Of a stretch of 64,000 nucleotides of DNA, positions 17,532-27,568 are shown in pieces. The notes below the pieces were generated by a model. The model made no database searches. It had not been told where the DNA came from and saw only the letters and a program-made list of their open reading frames with translations. The stretch is taken from contig JAEKNO010000030.1 in assembly GCA_016464725.1 (NCBI GenBank), forward strand, positions 41,803 to 105,802, in the 5' to 3' direction. The position numbers were made by a program, and so were the translations under genes. Within the stretch, counting starts at the first letter, position 1, and the number at the start of each line of letters is the position of its first letter. This DNA is from Candidatus Dormiibacter inghamiae. GTDB taxonomy: Bacteria > Chloroflexota > Dormibacteria > Dormibacterales > Dormibacteraceae.

Positions 17532-19094
17532 CTAGAGGGGGATGTTGCCGTGGCGGCGGGGTGAGCGGGGGCGCTCCTTCCGCAGCGCCAGGCGGAGCGC
17601 CCGGATCAGCTCGGGGCGCGTCTGGCGGGGCTCGATGACCGCGTCGACGTAGCCGCGCTCGGCAGCCACGTACGGGTTGGCGAACTGCTCCGAGTAATCG
17701 CTGACCAGCTGCGCCCGGCGCGCCGCCGGATCGGCGGCTGACTCCAGCTGGCGGCGGAAGATGACGTTCACCGCTCCCTCCGGTCCCATCACTGCCACCT
17801 CAGCGGTGGGCCAGGCGACGTTGTAGTCGGCCCTGATGTGCTTGGAGCACATGACGCAGTAGGCGCCCCCATACGCCTTGCGCGTGATCACCGTGAGCTT
17901 GGGGACTGTCGCCTCGCTGAAGGCGTAGAGCAGCTTGGCGCCGTGGCGGATGATGCCGCCATGCTCCTGACGCACTCCGGGCAGAAAGCCCGGCACGTCT
18001 TCGAAGACCACCAGGGGCAGATTGAAGGCGTCACAGAAGCGGACGAAGCGGGCCGCCTTGACGGAGCCGTCGATGTCCAGCGCCCCGGCCATCACCTTCG
18101 ACTGGTTGGCCACGACGCCGACCGGATAGCCGTCCAGGCGGCCGAAGCCGACAACAATGTTCATGGCGTGGAATGGCTGCACTTCGAGAAACTCGCCGTG
18201 GTCCACGACGCGGGTGATCACCTCCTTGCAGTCGTAGGCCTCCTTCGGGTTGTCAGGGATGAGGGTTTGCAGCGCGGGATCAGCACGGTCCCAGGGATCG
18301 TCGGCCGCTGCACGGGGCGGCGCCTCGTCGCAGTTCTGGGGCAGGAAGGAGAGCAGCCGGCGCACTTGGCTCAGGCACTCGTCCTCGCTCTGGGCCAGGA
18401 AGTGCGCAACGCCTGAGATGGCGTTGTGGACCTCGGCGCCGCCCAGCTCGTCGAAGTCGACCACCTCGCCGGTGGTGACCCTGATCACCTCTGGCCCCGT
18501 GATGAACATGTAGCCGACGCCGTGGACCATGAAGTTGAAGTCGGTCATGGCGGGTGAGTACACGGCGCCGCCGGTGCAAGGCCCGAGGATCAGGCTCAGC
18601 TGCGGGATGACGCCGCTCGACTCCACGTTGCGCCAGAAGATCTCGGCGTAGCCGGCGAGCGAAACGACGCCCTCCTGGATGCGCGCGCCGCCCGAGTCGT
18701 TGATGCCGATGATCGGCACCCGGTTCCGGTAGGCCAGGTCCATCACCTTGCAAACCTTCTCGGCGAACACCTCCCCCAGCGAACCGCCGAACACAGCGGC
18801 ATCGTGGCTGAAGAGCAGCACCTGGCGGCCGCCGATGCTGGCCAGCCCAGTGACGACACCGTCGCCGGGCGGTCGCCGCTCACCCAGACCCAGGCTTCGC
18901 GAGCGGTGACGGGCGAAGAGGTCCAGCTCCTCGAACGAGTTCCGATCGACCAGGCGCTGAATGCGCTCGCGGGCTGTCAGCTTGCCCTTGGCGTGCTGCC
19001 GGCGAAAGGCGTCGGCGTCGCCGTGCCCTGCCTCGTACTTTCGTTGCCGGAGGAGGTTGATGCGATCAACCCGCGGTTTGGACTCCCGGGCCAT
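17532..19094 (-). CDS. acyl-CoA carboxylase carboxyltransferase (propionyl-CoA carboxylase beta-like)
   Basis: Two-domain CT pattern: HAKGKLTARERI, INDSGGARIQEGV, GVVANQ, AYGGAY. Start ATG 19094 overlaps the upstream stop (ATGA). Confidence 0.9.
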   Translation of the reverse strand: MARESKPRVDRINLLRQRKYEAGHGDADAFRRQHAKGKLTARERIQRLVDRNSFEELDLFARHRSRSLGLGERRPPGDGVVTGLASIGGRQVLLFSHDAAVFGGSLGEVFAEKVCKVMDLAYRNRVPIIGINDSGGARIQEGVVSLAGYAEIFWRNVESSGVIPQLSLILGPCTGGAVYSPAMTDFNFMVHGVGYMFITGPEVIRVTTGEVVDFDELGGAEVHNAISGVAHFLAQSEDECLSQVRRLLSFLPQNCDEAPPRAAADDPWDRADPALQTLIPDNPKEAYDCKEVITRVVDHGEFLEVQPFHAMNIVVGFGRLDGYPVGVVANQSKVMAGALDIDGSVKAARFVRFCDAFNLPLVVFEDVPGFLPGVRQEHGGIIRHGAKLLYAFSEATVPKLTVITRKAYGGAYCVMCSKHIRADYNVAWPTAEVAVMGPEGAVNVIFRRQLESAADPAARRAQLVSDYSEQFANPYVAAERGYVDAVIEPRQTRPELIRALRLALRKERPRSPRRHGNIPL

Positions 19095-20686
19095 CAGCTG
19101 AGGTCCGGCGGCTGGTACTCGCCTACGACCTGGCGGAGGCGGTCGCAGCACTCGCCGATGGTGGCGTAACCGGCCAGCGCCTCCTTCAGCGGATAGAGAA
19201 GATTCTCGCCGCTCCTGGCGGCCGCCTCCACGTGTCCCAGACAGCGCTCCACCCGCGCCGAATCGCGTTCCGCGCGAACGCGGCGGAGCGATTCGATCTG
19301 GTCCACCTGGTGCTGAGGACCTATCTTCATGATCTCCGTCGCGTCCAGCTCGTCGCCGCTCTTGGCAAACCGATTCACCCCCACCACCACGCGTTCACCG
19401 CTCTCGATGCGCTGTTGGAAGCGGTAGGCGGACTCGGCGATCCGGCGCTGCATCCAGCCGCTCTCGATCGCCGCCACCGAGCCTCCCCGCTCCTCGATGT
19501 CGGCCAGCAGCCGATGCGCCTCGGCCTCGATCTGGTCGGTCAGTGACTCCACGTAGTAGGAGCCGCCCAGGGGATCCACCACCTTCGCCACGCCTGTCTC
19601 GTGAGCGATCACCTGCTGGGTGCGCAGCGCCAGCTCGGCGGCCGGCTGAGAGGGCAGTCCCAGCGCCTCGTCGTAGCTGTTGGTGTGCAGCGACTGGGTT
19701 CCCCCCAAAACAGCGCTCAGCGCCTCTAGCGAGGTCCTCACGACATTGTTCAGAGGCTGCTGGGCGGTCAGCGTGACACCGCCGGTCTGGGTGTGAAAGC
19801 GCAGCGCCCATGAGCGGGGATCCCGGGCCCCAAAGCGCTCTTTCATGATCCGGGCCCACATGCGGCGGGCCGCCCTGAACTTCGCTGCCTCCTCGAAGAA
19901 GTCCATGTGGCAGGCGAAGAAGAATGACAGCCGAGGCGCGAAGCTGTCCACGTCAAGTCCTGCCGCGACGGCTGCCTCCGCATAGGCGATGCCATCCGCC
20001 AGCGTGAACGCCACTTCCTCGGCGGCTGTCGCTCCCGCTTCCCGCATGTGATAGCCCGAGATCGAGATGGTGTTCCAGTTGGGCAGCTCCCGCCGGCAGT
20101 AGGCGAAGAGGTCGGTGGTCAGCCGCATCGATGCCTGCGGTGGATAGATGTAGGTACCGCGGGCGGCGTACTCCTTCAGGATGTCGTTTTGCACTGTGCC
20201 GGTGATCCGCTCCGGCGGGCAGCCCTGTTTCTCCGCCACCAGCTGGTAGAGCAGCAGCAGCAGGGCGGCGGTGGCGTTGATGGTCATGGAAGTGGAGATC
20301 CGCTCCAGCGGCAGCCCCTGCAGCAGCACCTCCATGTCGCGCAGGCTGTCGATGGCGACCCCCACCTTCCCCACCTCGCCGTGCGCCATGACGTGGTCGG
20401 AGTCGTAGCCGATCTGAGTGGGTAGATCAAAGGCAACTGAAAGGCCTGTCTGGCCCTGCTCGAGCAGGAAGCGATAGCGCCGGTTCGATTCAGCTGCCGA
20501 GCCGAAGCCGGCGTATTGGCGCATCGTCCAATGGCGACTGCGATACATTTCCCGCCGGATGCCGCGAGTGAACGGATAGTCGCCGGGCGCCGGCAGCTGC
20601 GCTGTCCAGTCGCCGGCGTCGTACACGGGCTGGAGCGGCAGCCCGCTGTCGTTCACCACCTGGGGTTGGTCTGAGTCAGCCGGCAT
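19094..20686 (-). CDS. methylmalonyl-CoA mutase-type large subunit (catalytic domain only)
   Basis: [25 protein letters not shown] and [21 protein letters not shown], giving the Tyr/Arg specificity pair. No B12 domain. Confidence 0.9.
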   Translation of the reverse strand: MPADSDQPQVVNDSGLPLQPVYDAGDWTAQLPAPGDYPFTRGIRREMYRSRHWTMRQYAGFGSAAESNRRYRFLLEQGQTGLSVAFDLPTQIGYDSDHVMAHGEVGKVGVAIDSLRDMEVLLQGLPLERISTSMTINATAALLLLLYQLVAEKQGCPPERITGTVQNDILKEYAARGTYIYPPQASMRLTTDLFAYCRRELPNWNTISISGYHMREAGATAAEEVAFTLADGIAYAEAAVAAGLDVDSFAPRLSFFFACHMDFFEEAAKFRAARRMWARIMKERFGARDPRSWALRFHTQTGGVTLTAQQPLNNVVRTSLEALSAVLGGTQSLHTNSYDEALGLPSQPAAELALRTQQVIAHETGVAKVVDPLGGSYYVESLTDQIEAEAHRLLADIEERGGSVAAIESGWMQRRIAESAYRFQQRIESGERVVVGVNRFAKSGDELDATEIMKIGPQHQVDQIESLRRVRAERDSARVERCLGHVEAAARSGENLLYPLKEALAGYATIGECCDRLRQVVGEYQPPDLS

Positions 20687-21083
20687 CTTGCTCGAGCTCG
20701 GTCAGCACGCCATGCGTGCTGCGGGGATGGAGAAAGCCGATCTTGGTCTTGCCGTCGCCACCTCGGCGAGGCACCTGGTCGATGGTCTCAAGGCCGTTGG
20801 CCCGGGCCTCGCTCAGCGCCTTCTGTACATCGGCGACCTTGTAGGCGATGTGATGGATGCCCTCACCACGCTTGTCGATGAACCTGCCCACCGGGGAATC
20901 TTCCCCCAGCGGCTGCATCAGCTCGATCTCCACCTCGCCGATCTTGAAGGCGGCCGCCTCCATCCTGTCCTGCTCCGCCACCCAGCGGTGACTCACCTTG
21001 ACTCCGAAGACCTGCTCGTACAGCTGGATAGCTTCGTCCAGGTCCCTGACCGCCAGCCCGAGATGTGAGATCGCCTTGATCAT
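20676..21083 (-). CDS. mce: methylmalonyl-CoA epimerase (VOC/glyoxalase fold)
   Basis: [22 protein letters not shown]...[11 protein letters not shown]...[14 protein letters not shown]. Sits between the mutase and the 3-hydroxyacyl-CoA dehydrogenase. Confidence 0.85.
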   Translation of the reverse strand: MIKAISHLGLAVRDLDEAIQLYEQVFGVKVSHRWVAEQDRMEAAAFKIGEVEIELMQPLGEDSPVGRFIDKRGEGIHHIAYKVADVQKALSEARANGLETIDQVPRRGGDGKTKIGFLHPRSTHGVLTELEQDAG

Positions 21084-21961
21084 TGCTTTACCTCGATTGG
21101 GTAGGAGTACCAACCTTGCTGAGTCTTGCGGCCCAGCTCGCCCGCCGCGACCTTGGCGGCAAGCTGCTTCGAGGGCTTGTAGCGGGGATCGCCGGTTGTC
21201 TCGTACATGTGCTGGCGCGCGTTATAGGTGATGTCAAGGCCTGTCAGATCGCCCAGCCGGAAGGGTCCGAGCGGCCAGTTCAAGCCCTTCTCGACGGCTG
21301 TGTCGATGTCCTCGACGCTGGCGACGCCCGAGTCCAGCAGGCGGTAGGCCTCCTGGGTCGCCATGTGCAGGATGCGGTTCACTATGAAGCCTGGAATCTC
21401 CTTTTTGACCAGCACCGGCGTGCGGCCGATGTCTCGCACGAACCGAATGGCCCGCTGAATGGTTTCGTCAGAGGTTTGCGGCCCCTTGACCACCTCGACC
21501 AGGTCCATGACCAACGGCGGATAGAAGAAGTGCAGGTTGCAGCAGCGCTCAGGCCGGCAGTCAGCCGAGATCAGCTGGGAAACGCCCATGGTAGAGGAAT
21601 TGCTGGCCAGAATGGCATCGGGTTTGCTGAAGGCGGCCAGCCGGCCGAAGATCTCCCGCTTGGCTTCCAGCCTCTCGGTCACAGCCTCCAGCACGATGTC
21701 AGCCCCTGACGCAGCCTGAACCAGGTCAGTGGTGAGGCTGACCCGCCCCAAGGCCGCCTCCAGGTAGGCGGCGTCCAGGCGGCCCTTGGCCACCCGCCGC
21801 TCGAGGAGCTGACGGTTGGAGCGCCGGGCGCGCTCGAGCTGATCTTCTGAGATGTCCTGCAGGGCGACCGACAGCCCAGAGAGTGCCGCCTGCTGCGCGA
21901 TCTGCGCGCCCATCGAGCCCGCCCCGACGACAGCGAGCCGCGCCCCCCCTCGCTGGCTCAT
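21080..21961 (-). CDS. 3-hydroxyacyl-CoA (3-hydroxybutyryl-CoA) dehydrogenase
   Basis: Rossmann LAVVGAGSMGAQIAQ, plus NSS and GFIVNR blocks. Start placed at ATG 21961. Confidence 0.85.
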   Translation of the reverse strand: MSQRGGARLAVVGAGSMGAQIAQQAALSGLSVALQDISEDQLERARRSNRQLLERRVAKGRLDAAYLEAALGRVSLTTDLVQAASGADIVLEAVTERLEAKREIFGRLAAFSKPDAILASNSSTMGVSQLISADCRPERCCNLHFFYPPLVMDLVEVVKGPQTSDETIQRAIRFVRDIGRTPVLVKKEIPGFIVNRILHMATQEAYRLLDSGVASVEDIDTAVEKGLNWPLGPFRLGDLTGLDITYNARQHMYETTGDPRYKPSKQLAAKVAAGELGRKTQQGWYSYPIEVKQ

Positions 21962-21971
21962 CGCGGGCGGC

Positions 21972-22397
21972 TCAATTGCCGTCCGGCCACACGACGTCAA
22001 CCCGGGTGGTGGCCTCGGTCAGCTGCTGCGAAGCCTTGGTGTAGCGGACGATGGTGGCCAGATCCCCCTTGAGCTTGATCTTGCCCGAGAGCATGCCGCG
22101 CGTGGCGTCGAGCTTTTTCTGGGCGACCTCCTTCCAACGCGAGTAACTGGAGGTGAGGACGAAGTCGCAGGCTCGAGCGTCGTCAGCAGTACCGACACGC
22201 ACGTCGCGGGCCTCTCCGTCGTGGAGGTCCATGACTATGCCCCGAGCCTCGGGAAAGTTCTTCTGCGGCTCCGCTTCCACCACTAGGCCGACTGTCCACT
22301 TCCAACCCTTGGCCGCCTTTCGGTAGCCCTCACTGCCGTTGACTTCGGACCTGAATTGAGCCGCCCATTCGGGCGAGAACGCCTCCACCGCCATCAA
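21972..22397 (-). CDS. SCP2 sterol-carrier-like domain protein
   Basis: C-terminal LSGKIKLKGDLATIVRYTKASQQL, typical of SCP2. Confidence 0.65.
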   Translation of the reverse strand: MMAVEAFSPEWAAQFRSEVNGSEGYRKAAKGWKWTVGLVVEAEPQKNFPEARGIVMDLHDGEARDVRVGTADDARACDFVLTSSYSRWKEVAQKKLDATRGMLSGKIKLKGDLATIVRYTKASQQLTEATTRVDVVWPDGN

Positions 22398-22418
22398 ACA
22401 TCGCCTCCTTGTTCGATT

Positions 22419-24494
22419 CTAAGAATCCGACCTTAGCCGCTGGGCCGGACCGGCGGCCGCCTCCGTCAGGCGGGGAGAACCTTTCAGGTGCTCCTGGAAC
22501 CAGCCGGTGATGCGGCGCAGCCGCTCAACCCTGCGGTCCGGCCGACCGGAACGGGAGAGGTCATGCGACTCGCCGGGGAAGCGGACCAGCTCCACCCGCT
22601 TGCCGAGCAAACGCAGGGCGCCGAACATCTCGTCGGCCTGGGAGATCGGGCAGCGCAGGTCCATCTCGCCGTGCAGAAGGAGCAGCGGCGTTTGAATGTC
22701 GTTCACACGCCGAATCGGCGAGCGCCGCCAGAGCGCTTCCGGATCGGGCCAGGGCGGGGCTCCCACCTCCTGTTGGTGCCACGCGACTATCTCGCTCTGA
22801 GCATAGTCGCTGACCAGATTGCAGATCGACCGCATGGCGACCGCCGCCCGGAATCGAGGCGTCTGGCCGATCAGCCAGTTGGTCATATAGCCGCCGTACG
22901 AGCCGCCGGCCACGCCCAGCCGATGCCCATCCAAGCTCGGCTCGGCTGCCAGCGCCTGGTCCAGGGCCACGATGAGATCGAGGGCGTCGCGGCCGGCCCA
23001 GTCGCCGACCACCGCTCGCTTGAAAGCCTCGCCGTAGCCGTCCGAGCCGCGCGGGTTGAGGTAGAGAACCGCCAGTCCGGCTCCCGCCAGGACTTGGAAC
23101 TCATGGAAGAACGACCAGCCGTACTGGGCGTGCGGTCCGCCGTGGATCTGCAGAACGAGCGGGCAGGGCTGAGGAGTGCCTTCCCGAGGCTGAAGCAGCC
23201 AGCCCTCGAAGTCCCAGCCGTCTTGGGCCTCGAAGGCAAGCCGCTTTGGCTCGGCGAGCCAGCGTTCCCCGAGCCACGGGTTGCAATCGGTCAAGCGCCG
23301 CTCGGCACCGCCTCTGCAGAGGCTCAACTCGCCAGGTGAGCGAGGGTCCATGGCGCACAGCGCAAGCAGATCGTCGCCGCTGCTGTCGAACTCGTAAACC
23401 GCTCGCCCGGAGGCCGCGGCCTCCCGCTGGGTCTGGCCGTACAGATCGACCGACCAGATCTCAGCGCAGCCGGGGCCGCTGGCAAGGAAGCGCAGGCGGT
23501 TCGCCGCCCAGGACCAGATCAGTCGCGCTTCGTGGCCGGCGCGTATGTCGCTCAGCACGCCGCCATCGCAGGCTCTGTCGAACTCAGCGGTGAGACAGCG
23601 CGGCTCGCCCCCCTCTGCCGACACCACCCAGACCCTCTCATGGCGGCCGGCGCCCTCGCCGAGCGGGGCGAGAAAAGCGATCAGGGCACCGTCAGGCGAC
23701 CAGGCGCAGGTGGAGGCCTTCATGCCTCCCACCAGCTGCCGCCGGCTGCCGTCGAGACCCACCCGATAGAGATGCGCCTCCCGGCCGAGATCGGCGTTCG
23801 GCTCAGCGTTGCCTGTGCAGGCAAGAGCCCGTCCGTCCGGCGACCAGTCGAAGCTCTCCACCGACCAGTGACCGCTGGTCAGCTGCTCCGGCGCGGCCTC
23901 CGGCTTCGCCCCCATGACGAAGAGGTGGACGTAGCGGCCGTCGTTGAACCCGTGGCCGTCGTGCTTGTCGTCCAGCCGCCTAATCACCCTGGCCACCGGC
24001 GGCCTCGGCTCCTCCGGCGCCGGCCGCGAGTCGGGCACTACAGCGTCGAGATCCTCCAGGACAGGCGCCAGAAACGCCAGCCGGCTGCCATCGGGCGACC
24101 AGCGTACCTGCCGCACACCGAAGGGCAGATCGGTCAGCCGCTGCGAGGAGCCGGCGGTCAGGTCCGCGAGATAAAGCTGGTCAAGCCTGTCGCTCCGGCC
24201 CGAGAAGGTCAGCTGGCAGCCGTCAGGACTCCACTCGGGAAAGCGGTCGCGATCGCCGGAGCCGGCGAGGGTCAGCTCCGAGCCGCTGCCAAGGTCTCGA
24301 ACGATCACAGCGCCCTGATAGTCCTGCAGGTCCGCGTCCGCCCAGCTGAGCTGATAGGCGACCCGGCTGCCCAGCGCGTCCAGGCGCGGATGATCAATCC
24401 AGCGAAAGTGATGGAGGTCTTCAGGCCGGAGAGGTTCTGCAGGCATGTAGCCCATAGCGTGCGGCAAAACCGGGCACTGGCTCTCTTCCGTCAA
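22419..24494 (-). CDS. S9 family serine peptidase (beta-propeller plus prolyl-oligopeptidase/acylaminoacyl-peptidase domain)
   Basis: TolB-like repeats (WSPDG x4). Nucleophile motif GGSYGGYM. The C-terminal region supplies Asp and His (GESHDL). Confidence 0.85.
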   Translation of the reverse strand: MTEESQCPVLPHAMGYMPAEPLRPEDLHHFRWIDHPRLDALGSRVAYQLSWADADLQDYQGAVIVRDLGSGSELTLAGSGDRDRFPEWSPDGCQLTFSGRSDRLDQLYLADLTAGSSQRLTDLPFGVRQVRWSPDGSRLAFLAPVLEDLDAVVPDSRPAPEEPRPPVARVIRRLDDKHDGHGFNDGRYVHLFVMGAKPEAAPEQLTSGHWSVESFDWSPDGRALACTGNAEPNADLGREAHLYRVGLDGSRRQLVGGMKASTCAWSPDGALIAFLAPLGEGAGRHERVWVVSAEGGEPRCLTAEFDRACDGGVLSDIRAGHEARLIWSWAANRLRFLASGPGCAEIWSVDLYGQTQREAAASGRAVYEFDSSGDDLLALCAMDPRSPGELSLCRGGAERRLTDCNPWLGERWLAEPKRLAFEAQDGWDFEGWLLQPREGTPQPCPLVLQIHGGPHAQYGWSFFHEFQVLAGAGLAVLYLNPRGSDGYGEAFKRAVVGDWAGRDALDLIVALDQALAAEPSLDGHRLGVAGGSYGGYMTNWLIGQTPRFRAAVAMRSICNLVSDYAQSEIVAWHQQEVGAPPWPDPEALWRRSPIRRVNDIQTPLLLLHGEMDLRCPISQADEMFGALRLLGKRVELVRFPGESHDLSRSGRPDRRVERLRRITGWFQEHLKGSPRLTEAAAGPAQRLRSDS

Positions 24495-24529
24495 CGGCGC
24501 CAGCAGCCAGCCGGACTGCGGCTGGGCGG

Positions 24530-26059
24530 TTGCGGCTCTGGTCGCCTAGATTCTTGCTCATGAGGTCGGGCCGGACGACTCCCTTCTGGCGGGGCGCCGC
24601 TGCCGGCGCGCTGGCAGGTCTGGCGGCAGTGGCCCTCATGGAGCTGCTCGCCTTGGGCGTGGGCCTGAAGACGGTGCCAGACCTACTCCAGGGGCCGCTG
24701 CTGGGTCTGCTGCCGGGCGCTGTATTCGGTTTTCTGATCGACACACTGCAGCATCTGGGCAAGGTGCTGGAAGAGGCCGGCTTGCTACTGGCGATGGTGC
24801 TGGCGCTGGGCGCACTGGGGGCGGTGGCTGCCTCTGTCGAGGCGCGCCTACAGCAGTGGCGGCCGGGTCTGGTGGCGGCGGCGGCAGGCTGGCTGGCGCT
24901 CACCGCGCTCAGTTTGGCCGACGCGGCCGGCGGAGGTTTGACTGTCTTGACGGCGATCAACTCGGCCGCCTGGGCGCTGGTCATGGCAGCTTGGTACTGG
25001 CTCTGGCACAGGCTGCTGCAGCCGCGCGAAACCCTCGACGAAGTCGACCTGGGCCGCCGCAGGGTGGCTCTGCTGTTCCCCGCCGGATTGGCAGTGCTCA
25101 GTCTCGCCGTGATCGGCGGCCTGCGAGTGCCCGAGTGGCTGCACGCGCTGGCCGGGGGTGACGCTCCGCCCGGGCCGGTTCCCGCCCTCACTCCGGTCTC
25201 TGACTTCTACAGGGTCTCCAAGAATCTGCGAGACCCGGTTGTCGTCGAGTCAGGCTGGTCTCTGCGCCTGTTCGGCCAGGTCGGCCGGGAGCTGAAGCTG
25301 GACCTGGCTCACCTGAGAGCCGTACCGCAGAGCAAAGAAGTGGTGACCATGGAGTGCGTCAGCAACCTGGTGGGCGGCAATCTGATGAGCACTGGCCGCT
25401 TCACAGGCATCCCGCTGCGCGACCTGCTGACCATGGCCGAACCCAATGCGGGCGCCCGCTCTGTCACCTACCGAGCTGAGGACGGCTTCAGCGAGAGCCT
25501 GCCGCTCAACCTGGTGCTGGCCGACCCGAGGATTCTGATCGCCCTGCAGCTCAACGACCAGCCGCTGCCTGTCGAGCACGGCTTTCCGGCCCGAGTGCTG
25601 ATCCCAGGCCGCTACGGGATGAAGGGGCCCAAATGGCTCAAGGAGATCGAGCTCACCACCACGCCACAAGGCGGCTACTGGGAGGAGCAGGGCTGGGACC
25701 GCGAGGCCATCGTCAAGACCACTGCCCGCTTCGACGTGCCTCTGCTCGGCTCCTCCCTGCTCAGCCCTGTGCAGCTGGCTGGAGTCGCCTTCGCCGGGGT
25801 GCGGGGCGTGCACGCAGTGGAGTGGAGTGCGGACGGAGGCCGCAGCTGGCATCCGGCCGAGCTGGAAGCGCCGCTCTCCGAGTTGACGTGGACGCGCTGG
25901 CGGGCCACCTGGCGACCGGCCCAAGAAGGCGCCTACACGCTGGTCGTGCGAGCGCGGGACGGTTCGGGTCAAGTCCAGACCGGCCAGGAGGCGCCCAGCT
26001 TCCCCAACGGCGCCTCCGGCTACCACCGCCTCCAAGTCCGCGCCCGCCCGGTCGGCTGA
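24530..26059 (+). CDS. membrane-anchored sulfite-oxidase-family molybdopterin oxidoreductase
   Basis: About 200 aa of TM helices, then the Mo-ligand Cys block VVTMECVSNLVGG, then a Mo-co dimerisation-like C-terminus. Confidence 0.8.
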   Translation: MRLWSPRFLLMRSGRTTPFWRGAAAGALAGLAAVALMELLALGVGLKTVPDLLQGPLLGLLPGAVFGFLIDTLQHLGKVLEEAGLLLAMVLALGALGAVAASVEARLQQWRPGLVAAAAGWLALTALSLADAAGGGLTVLTAINSAAWALVMAAWYWLWHRLLQPRETLDEVDLGRRRVALLFPAGLAVLSLAVIGGLRVPEWLHALAGGDAPPGPVPALTPVSDFYRVSKNLRDPVVVESGWSLRLFGQVGRELKLDLAHLRAVPQSKEVVTMECVSNLVGGNLMSTGRFTGIPLRDLLTMAEPNAGARSVTYRAEDGFSESLPLNLVLADPRILIALQLNDQPLPVEHGFPARVLIPGRYGMKGPKWLKEIELTTTPQGGYWEEQGWDREAIVKTTARFDVPLLGSSLLSPVQLAGVAFAGVRGVHAVEWSADGGRSWHPAELEAPLSELTWTRWRATWRPAQEGAYTLVVRARDGSGQVQTGQEAPSFPNGASGYHRLQVRARPVG

Positions 26060-26141
26060 TGCTGGTGCTGCAGCAGGCGCGGAAGACCGTTGAGATAGGG
26101 GTCGGATTGCGACTGTCGGGTTTGCTGGAGCTCGATTCCCT

Positions 26142-27479
26142 CTAGCGGCGGAAAGGCCGGTAGAGCGAAAGGCCCGCCTTCACGCTGTCGCGGATCAGGC
26201 GCAAGCCGCCCTCTTTGCGGACCATCTTGCTGATGCGGCGCTGCTTCTCCCACTTGGAGACGCCGTCGACCCGGAAGAACTCGTCCAGGGCACTGTCCAT
26301 GATGCCTGGGTACTTGCCGAGCAGTCGCTGGTTGTGCTCCAGCAGAGGCACCGCCTTGTCGTACTTGCGCATGTCGGCCATGATCCAGCTCTGGTCGAGC
26401 TTGCCCTTGTACTCGCGCAGCGAAGACGCGCTGAAGTCGCTCTTCTCCCTGGCATGAATGATTGTCTCACCGGCCAGCCGGCCTGACTCCATGGCCAGGT
26501 TCGAGCCCTCCCGGTGCACTGGATTGGAGAGCATGGCGGCGTCACCGCAGACGACGTAGCCGTCGCCAAAGAGCTTGGGGATGGCGCGATGGCCGCCCTC
26601 CGGGATCATCTTGGCCAGGAACTCGACAGTCTCGCCCCCGGCCAGGAGAGGTCGGATCGCCGGGTGCGACTTGAAGTGCTCCAGGATCGCGTTCGGCGCT
26701 CGCTCGGCCAGTTCGGCCCGGCTCAGCCGGGTGTCGCTCATCTCGCTCAACAGGGCTCCCCCACCGACGCTTAGCGTGTCCCGGTTGGTGTAGATGAACA
26801 TGAAGCCGGAGAGGCCCCGGGTGGCGTCGCCGTAGCACTCGATCGAGGCTCCCTCGCCGGGCTCGCAGTTGAAGCGCGATTCGATCAACCCCTCATCGAG
26901 GCTGATCACCTCCTTCACGGCCATGGCCACCTGATTCGCCCTGAGTGGCGTCTTCAGGCCGGCGCGCTCCAGCAGCTTGCTGCCCAGCCCGACGCCCTCG
27001 CAAACCACTGTCACGTCCGCCCGCAGCTCCTCGGTCGGGGTCTTCACCCCGACCACGCGGCCGTTCTCGACCACGAGCTGCTCAACCACCGTCTCGGGCA
27101 GCAGGAAAGCCCCGGCCGCCTCCGCCTGGGCAGCGAACCAGGCGTCGAAGCGGGCCCTGAGGACGGAGAAGGAGTGCGGGTGCACGCGGTTGCGAAGGTT
27201 CTTGTAGCCGACCAGTCGGATGGCGGCCTCCTCGGTCATCAGCCAGCGCTGCTCTTCGATGATGGGCCGCTCCAGCGGTGCTTGCTGCCAGCTCTCGCCG
27301 ACGACTGCCTCCAGGAAATGCGTGTAGAGAATGCCGCCCATGACGTTCTTGGAACCCGGTTTGGCGCCCTTCTCGATCAGAGCCACCTGGAGTCCGGCTT
27401 TGGCCATCGTGAGCGCCGCCGCGGTGCCGGCGGGGCCGGCGCCCACCACTATGGCGTCAAGCTTCTCCTCCTCACTCAT
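26142..27479 (-). CDS. FixC-type FAD-dependent ETF:quinone oxidoreductase
   Basis: DAIVVGAGPAGTAAALTMAKAG dinucleotide fold. About 445 aa with FixC-like blocks (MIPEGG, VCGDAA). Confidence 0.75.
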   Translation of the reverse strand: MSEEEKLDAIVVGAGPAGTAAALTMAKAGLQVALIEKGAKPGSKNVMGGILYTHFLEAVVGESWQQAPLERPIIEEQRWLMTEEAAIRLVGYKNLRNRVHPHSFSVLRARFDAWFAAQAEAAGAFLLPETVVEQLVVENGRVVGVKTPTEELRADVTVVCEGVGLGSKLLERAGLKTPLRANQVAMAVKEVISLDEGLIESRFNCEPGEGASIECYGDATRGLSGFMFIYTNRDTLSVGGGALLSEMSDTRLSRAELAERAPNAILEHFKSHPAIRPLLAGGETVEFLAKMIPEGGHRAIPKLFGDGYVVCGDAAMLSNPVHREGSNLAMESGRLAGETIIHAREKSDFSASSLREYKGKLDQSWIMADMRKYDKAVPLLEHNQRLLGKYPGIMDSALDEFFRVDGVSKWEKQRRISKMVRKEGGLRLIRDSVKAGLSLYRPFRR

Positions 27480-27568
27480 CGAGCCACATCGTAGAGGACT
27501 GAAAAGCCACTGCCAGCTGTCCTCGCTGGGCGCTTGGCGTCCTGGCAGGGGACAGTACAGTCGCGGGC

